DNA from: Octopus sinensis
Taxonomy: Eukaryota
NCBI RefSeq assembly: GCF_006345805.1
Contig: NC_043018.1
Coordinates: 23,932,001-23,996,000 of the forward strand
Direction: 5' to 3'
DNA length: 64,000 bases
The translations under genes and the position numbers were made by a program. Under the pieces are notes generated by a model that saw nothing but the letters and a program-made list of their open reading frames with translations, was not told the DNA's origin and ran no database searches. This document shows, one piece after another, positions 60,791-64,000 of this stretch. Within the stretch, counting starts at the first letter, position 1. The number at the start of each line of letters is the position of its first letter.

Positions 60791-62933
60791 TCAGGTATAG
60801 TCTAGGTTCAGGCTAAGTGCATTGAGTAGTAAGAAGCATCTAGGATTACTTAGGGTGAGCAATCCCACTGTAATTAGGGTTAGGTCAGCCTTTGGTCAAC
60901 CTGGGCTATAGTAGAAGACATTGGCCCAAGGTGCCATGCAGTGGGACTGATCCTGAAACCATGTGGTTGGGAAGAAAAATTCTTAACCATACAGCCACAC
61001 CTTTGTATAAGATATGACATTACATTGTATTCATTTGTCTAGATTACAAAATGTCAATTATTATTATTTGGGGTAAAAATGTTCTAAATATATTCTGGAA
61101 AACAAGGTGGTTGTTACTGTCATTGAACATGTTCTTACTTTTCCCCTTTCTGTAAATCTCTCTCTCCCTCTCTCCTCTCCTCTTTTATCTATCACAAATT
61201 TCTATGGTCACAATTTAGCAGGCAACTATACAATATAGTTTATTTATATCTTGCTGGGTTTTGTCTTGGTTACAATAGACTTCAATTCCAGGGTTGTTAA
61301 CATAAATACTATTGGCACAGGTGTGGCTGTGTGGATAAGAAGTTCACTTTCCAACCACATGTTCTTAGGTTCAGTCCCACTGCATGGCACCATGAGCAAG
61401 TGTTTTCAACTACAGCCCCAAGATGACCAAAGCCTTGTGAGTAGATCTGGTAGACAAAAACTGAAAGAAGCCCACAGTGTGAGTATGGGGTGGAGGTTAT
61501 TCACAGTATGTAATGTTGGGCCATGGGGAAATATTACTTTACTTGGAAACAAATGAAGGGTGGTGACAGGAAGGGCATCCAGCTGTAGAAGTCAGTAACA
61601 TACACCCACACAGACATGTACATATACGCAACAGGCTTTTTTCTGTCAGCTAAATCCACTAAGAAGGCTAGAGTAGAAGACACTTGCCAAAATTTCCATG
61701 TGGTTGGACTGACCTCAAAACTAAATGGTTGGGAAGCAAACATCCTACCATGGAGTCTGCACACACCTATATTTTCAAAAATTTCACATTCTCTTTCTGG
61801 AAATCATTACTTTTGCTAGGATCATTTAACATTACAAACATACCAAGAAATTGAAACATCCGGTTCAAGGTTTTCCACATGTTATTACTTTTAACTTACA
61901 AGCAATTGTTGCAAGCATGATTTTTTCTGTGGCTTTATTGGGCTAATGGGACGTTCTAAAAATTTTAAACTTGAATGACAGCTCAACCAACACTAGACTC
62001 TTTTTATCAATACTGTACTATATTTAAACTTTTATGAAGATCTTTCTTACTGTTGTTCACTCCAAAATAGAATGTTTGCTTCTATCAAACAAACAAACAT
62101 TCCACTGTAAGCTTAAGTTTTATGCTGCTATCTTGCCTCGATGAATTCTGGCTCTAAATTAATGAAATGTCGTGGATATATCTGCGACTTTATATAGCTA
62201 TGGTAAGACCTCACCTGGAATTTGTATCACCGGTCTGGAACCCCTATCTTGCCCAGGATATTAATCGTCTGGAAGCCGTTCAGCGACGTGCAACCAAAAG
62301 AATACCCTCCATCAGGCATTTGCCATATTCTGAACGCCTTAAAATGACAATGATAATGATACACATACTCATAATGATAGATAGAAATGTCTCCCCAATG
62401 ACCTCAGCTCCTCTAATAGTTACTGGTTCTATTCCACTTACTTGTAAACCCACTGCACCCAACTCCTCCACTTCTCCCCTACTGGATCAGAGCATGTCTG
62501 GGGTTTGAACAACACTTGAATTAGATAAGTGCTACATTACAGTTCTGTCTTACTTCTTAGCTGGAGAGACTTGTTAAAGGGTCTCCTAACAAACTGCCAA
62601 TTATGCTCTACGAAGTGAATACCTATTTCTTTACTACCCACAAGGGGCTAAACATAGAGTGGACAAACAAGGACAGACAAAGGATTAAGTTGATTACATC
62701 GACCCCAGTGCGTAACTGGTACTTAATTTATCAACCCCGAAAGGATGAAAGACAAAGTCGACCTCGGCGGAATTTGAAAAAGTGAATACCTTCCCCTCAA
62801 ACACACACACATGAGTTCAGGATCACTGAACTGTGTTACTATGTTAGATCGCAGGGCCAACTGCAAAGTTTACTCTCCCCTGTCCACCTTTTTTCAAAAC
62901 ACCTCACTAAGAATGATCTGAAGCTTCACTCAC

Positions 62934-62990
62934 CCTTACAGCCTCGATTCGGAATCCCAGTGATGCAGATGAACTTTGCTGTTCTCTAAA
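62934..62990 (-). CDS. IP3K: IP3 3-kinase exon (upstream exons lie beyond the window)
   Basis: tctttttcag| ... |gtgagt; 57 nt; FREQQSSSASLGFRIEAVR (SSxxLGFRIE motif). Confidence 0.9.
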
Positions 62991-64000
62991 CTGAAAAAGA
63001 AATAGGTCATATACATTTCATAGGATCAGAATAGGAAAGATTTCACAGCATAGAAGAAAATTAGAACACATTTCATAGTATAAAATATAAACAGGATGTA
63101 TTTCAGATCTATAATAATAAAAGTGAAATTCTGTCTGTTCGTCTGGGACCCTTGTATCTCAGTTTACATTTGCTCTACATAGACATGTTATACCTTTTTG
63201 GGAATCAGGATGATCCCAGGATTGCAAATCTGCCCTTCATTTGGTTCTTGAACATCTAACATTGGGATCTGATTTAAAAGCATTTGGGTTGCTATTTCTA
63301 GCAGGTTGATTCATGCTATCTTGGTTGGCAGATGACGTCAGAGATCAAGGGAGAGATAAATGACATTTGCTTTGTTCATTTTACGTTGAGATAAGAACTT
63401 TGGGACAAATTGGCCAACAATTGGAATTCAAACTGGGACAGTAGAATGTTTGCATTACAGAATCAATTCTCATCTGTCCTTAACCTCTGAACAAACAATA
63501 ATAGATGTATTATAGCCATGCTATTCAGCTCTCTATTAGTCTTATGCAGGAGCTAGCTCAAATGTCCGCAGAGAGTGCGGCTTTTACGCTAATATAATAA
63601 CATAGTAGTAAACAGGAAACAGTTTACAATATAGGAAATAATCAACAAACATTACATAGTAACGAAGATAAATAAAAGCAGTAATGGTGGTGTAGTAGAA
63701 AATAATATACACTTTATAGCAAAGGAAATTAGCTAGCTTGCTTGCTATACTGTGTTTGGGAAGCATTTGTAGAATTGATTTGTTTCTGGCTGGTCTGAAA
63801 ATGGCAAATGAAGAGACATCCAGAAAAATTTGCAATTCATAGATCTATGCATGTGGTTTGCTACATGTGGCTCTTAGACTATCAGCAGAGTGAAATGTCT
63901 TTCAGTAAGATAATCAACATCCCAGTTCTACAACATGTTGTGTGTAGTTACCATATTTTGTAGATTTGACACAACCCACTGCATAGAAGTAGATAAATAA

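Overview
AT-rich, microsatellite- and transposon-dense animal DNA. The SINE, RTE, CR1, mariner and Helitron repertoire points to Octopus (coleoid cephalopod); this taxon call is an inference. Three protein-coding genes, all on the minus strand, were reconstructed by hand from splice sites. (1) The 3' five coding exons of an inositol-trisphosphate 3-kinase (62990 to 52211). (2) A complete, single-exon, 1509-aa condensin-II subunit NCAPD3 (44831 to 40302). (3) The 5' part of a tandem-DED caspase-8/10- or cFLIP-like gene (17783 to 821, continuing off the left edge). The most striking structure is in the caspase gene. Its DED-to-protease linker appears to be built from at least 7 symmetric phase 1-1 microexons of 39-63 nt, most sitting in tandem ~1-kb duplicated units. 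The introns of these units are highly similar, but the exons are only ~55% identical. One more microexon is broken by a SINE, and a sense-oriented solo LTR sits within the array. Other highlights are several candidate Penelope-type hammerhead ribozymes, a gag-only element with 176-bp direct repeats inserted in (TA)n, a tandem/palindromic Helitron array and multiple fold-back hairpins. One ribozyme pair lies in a ~590-bp inverted repeat in which only the host-sense copy is mutated. No rRNA, intact tRNA gene or CRISPR array was found.
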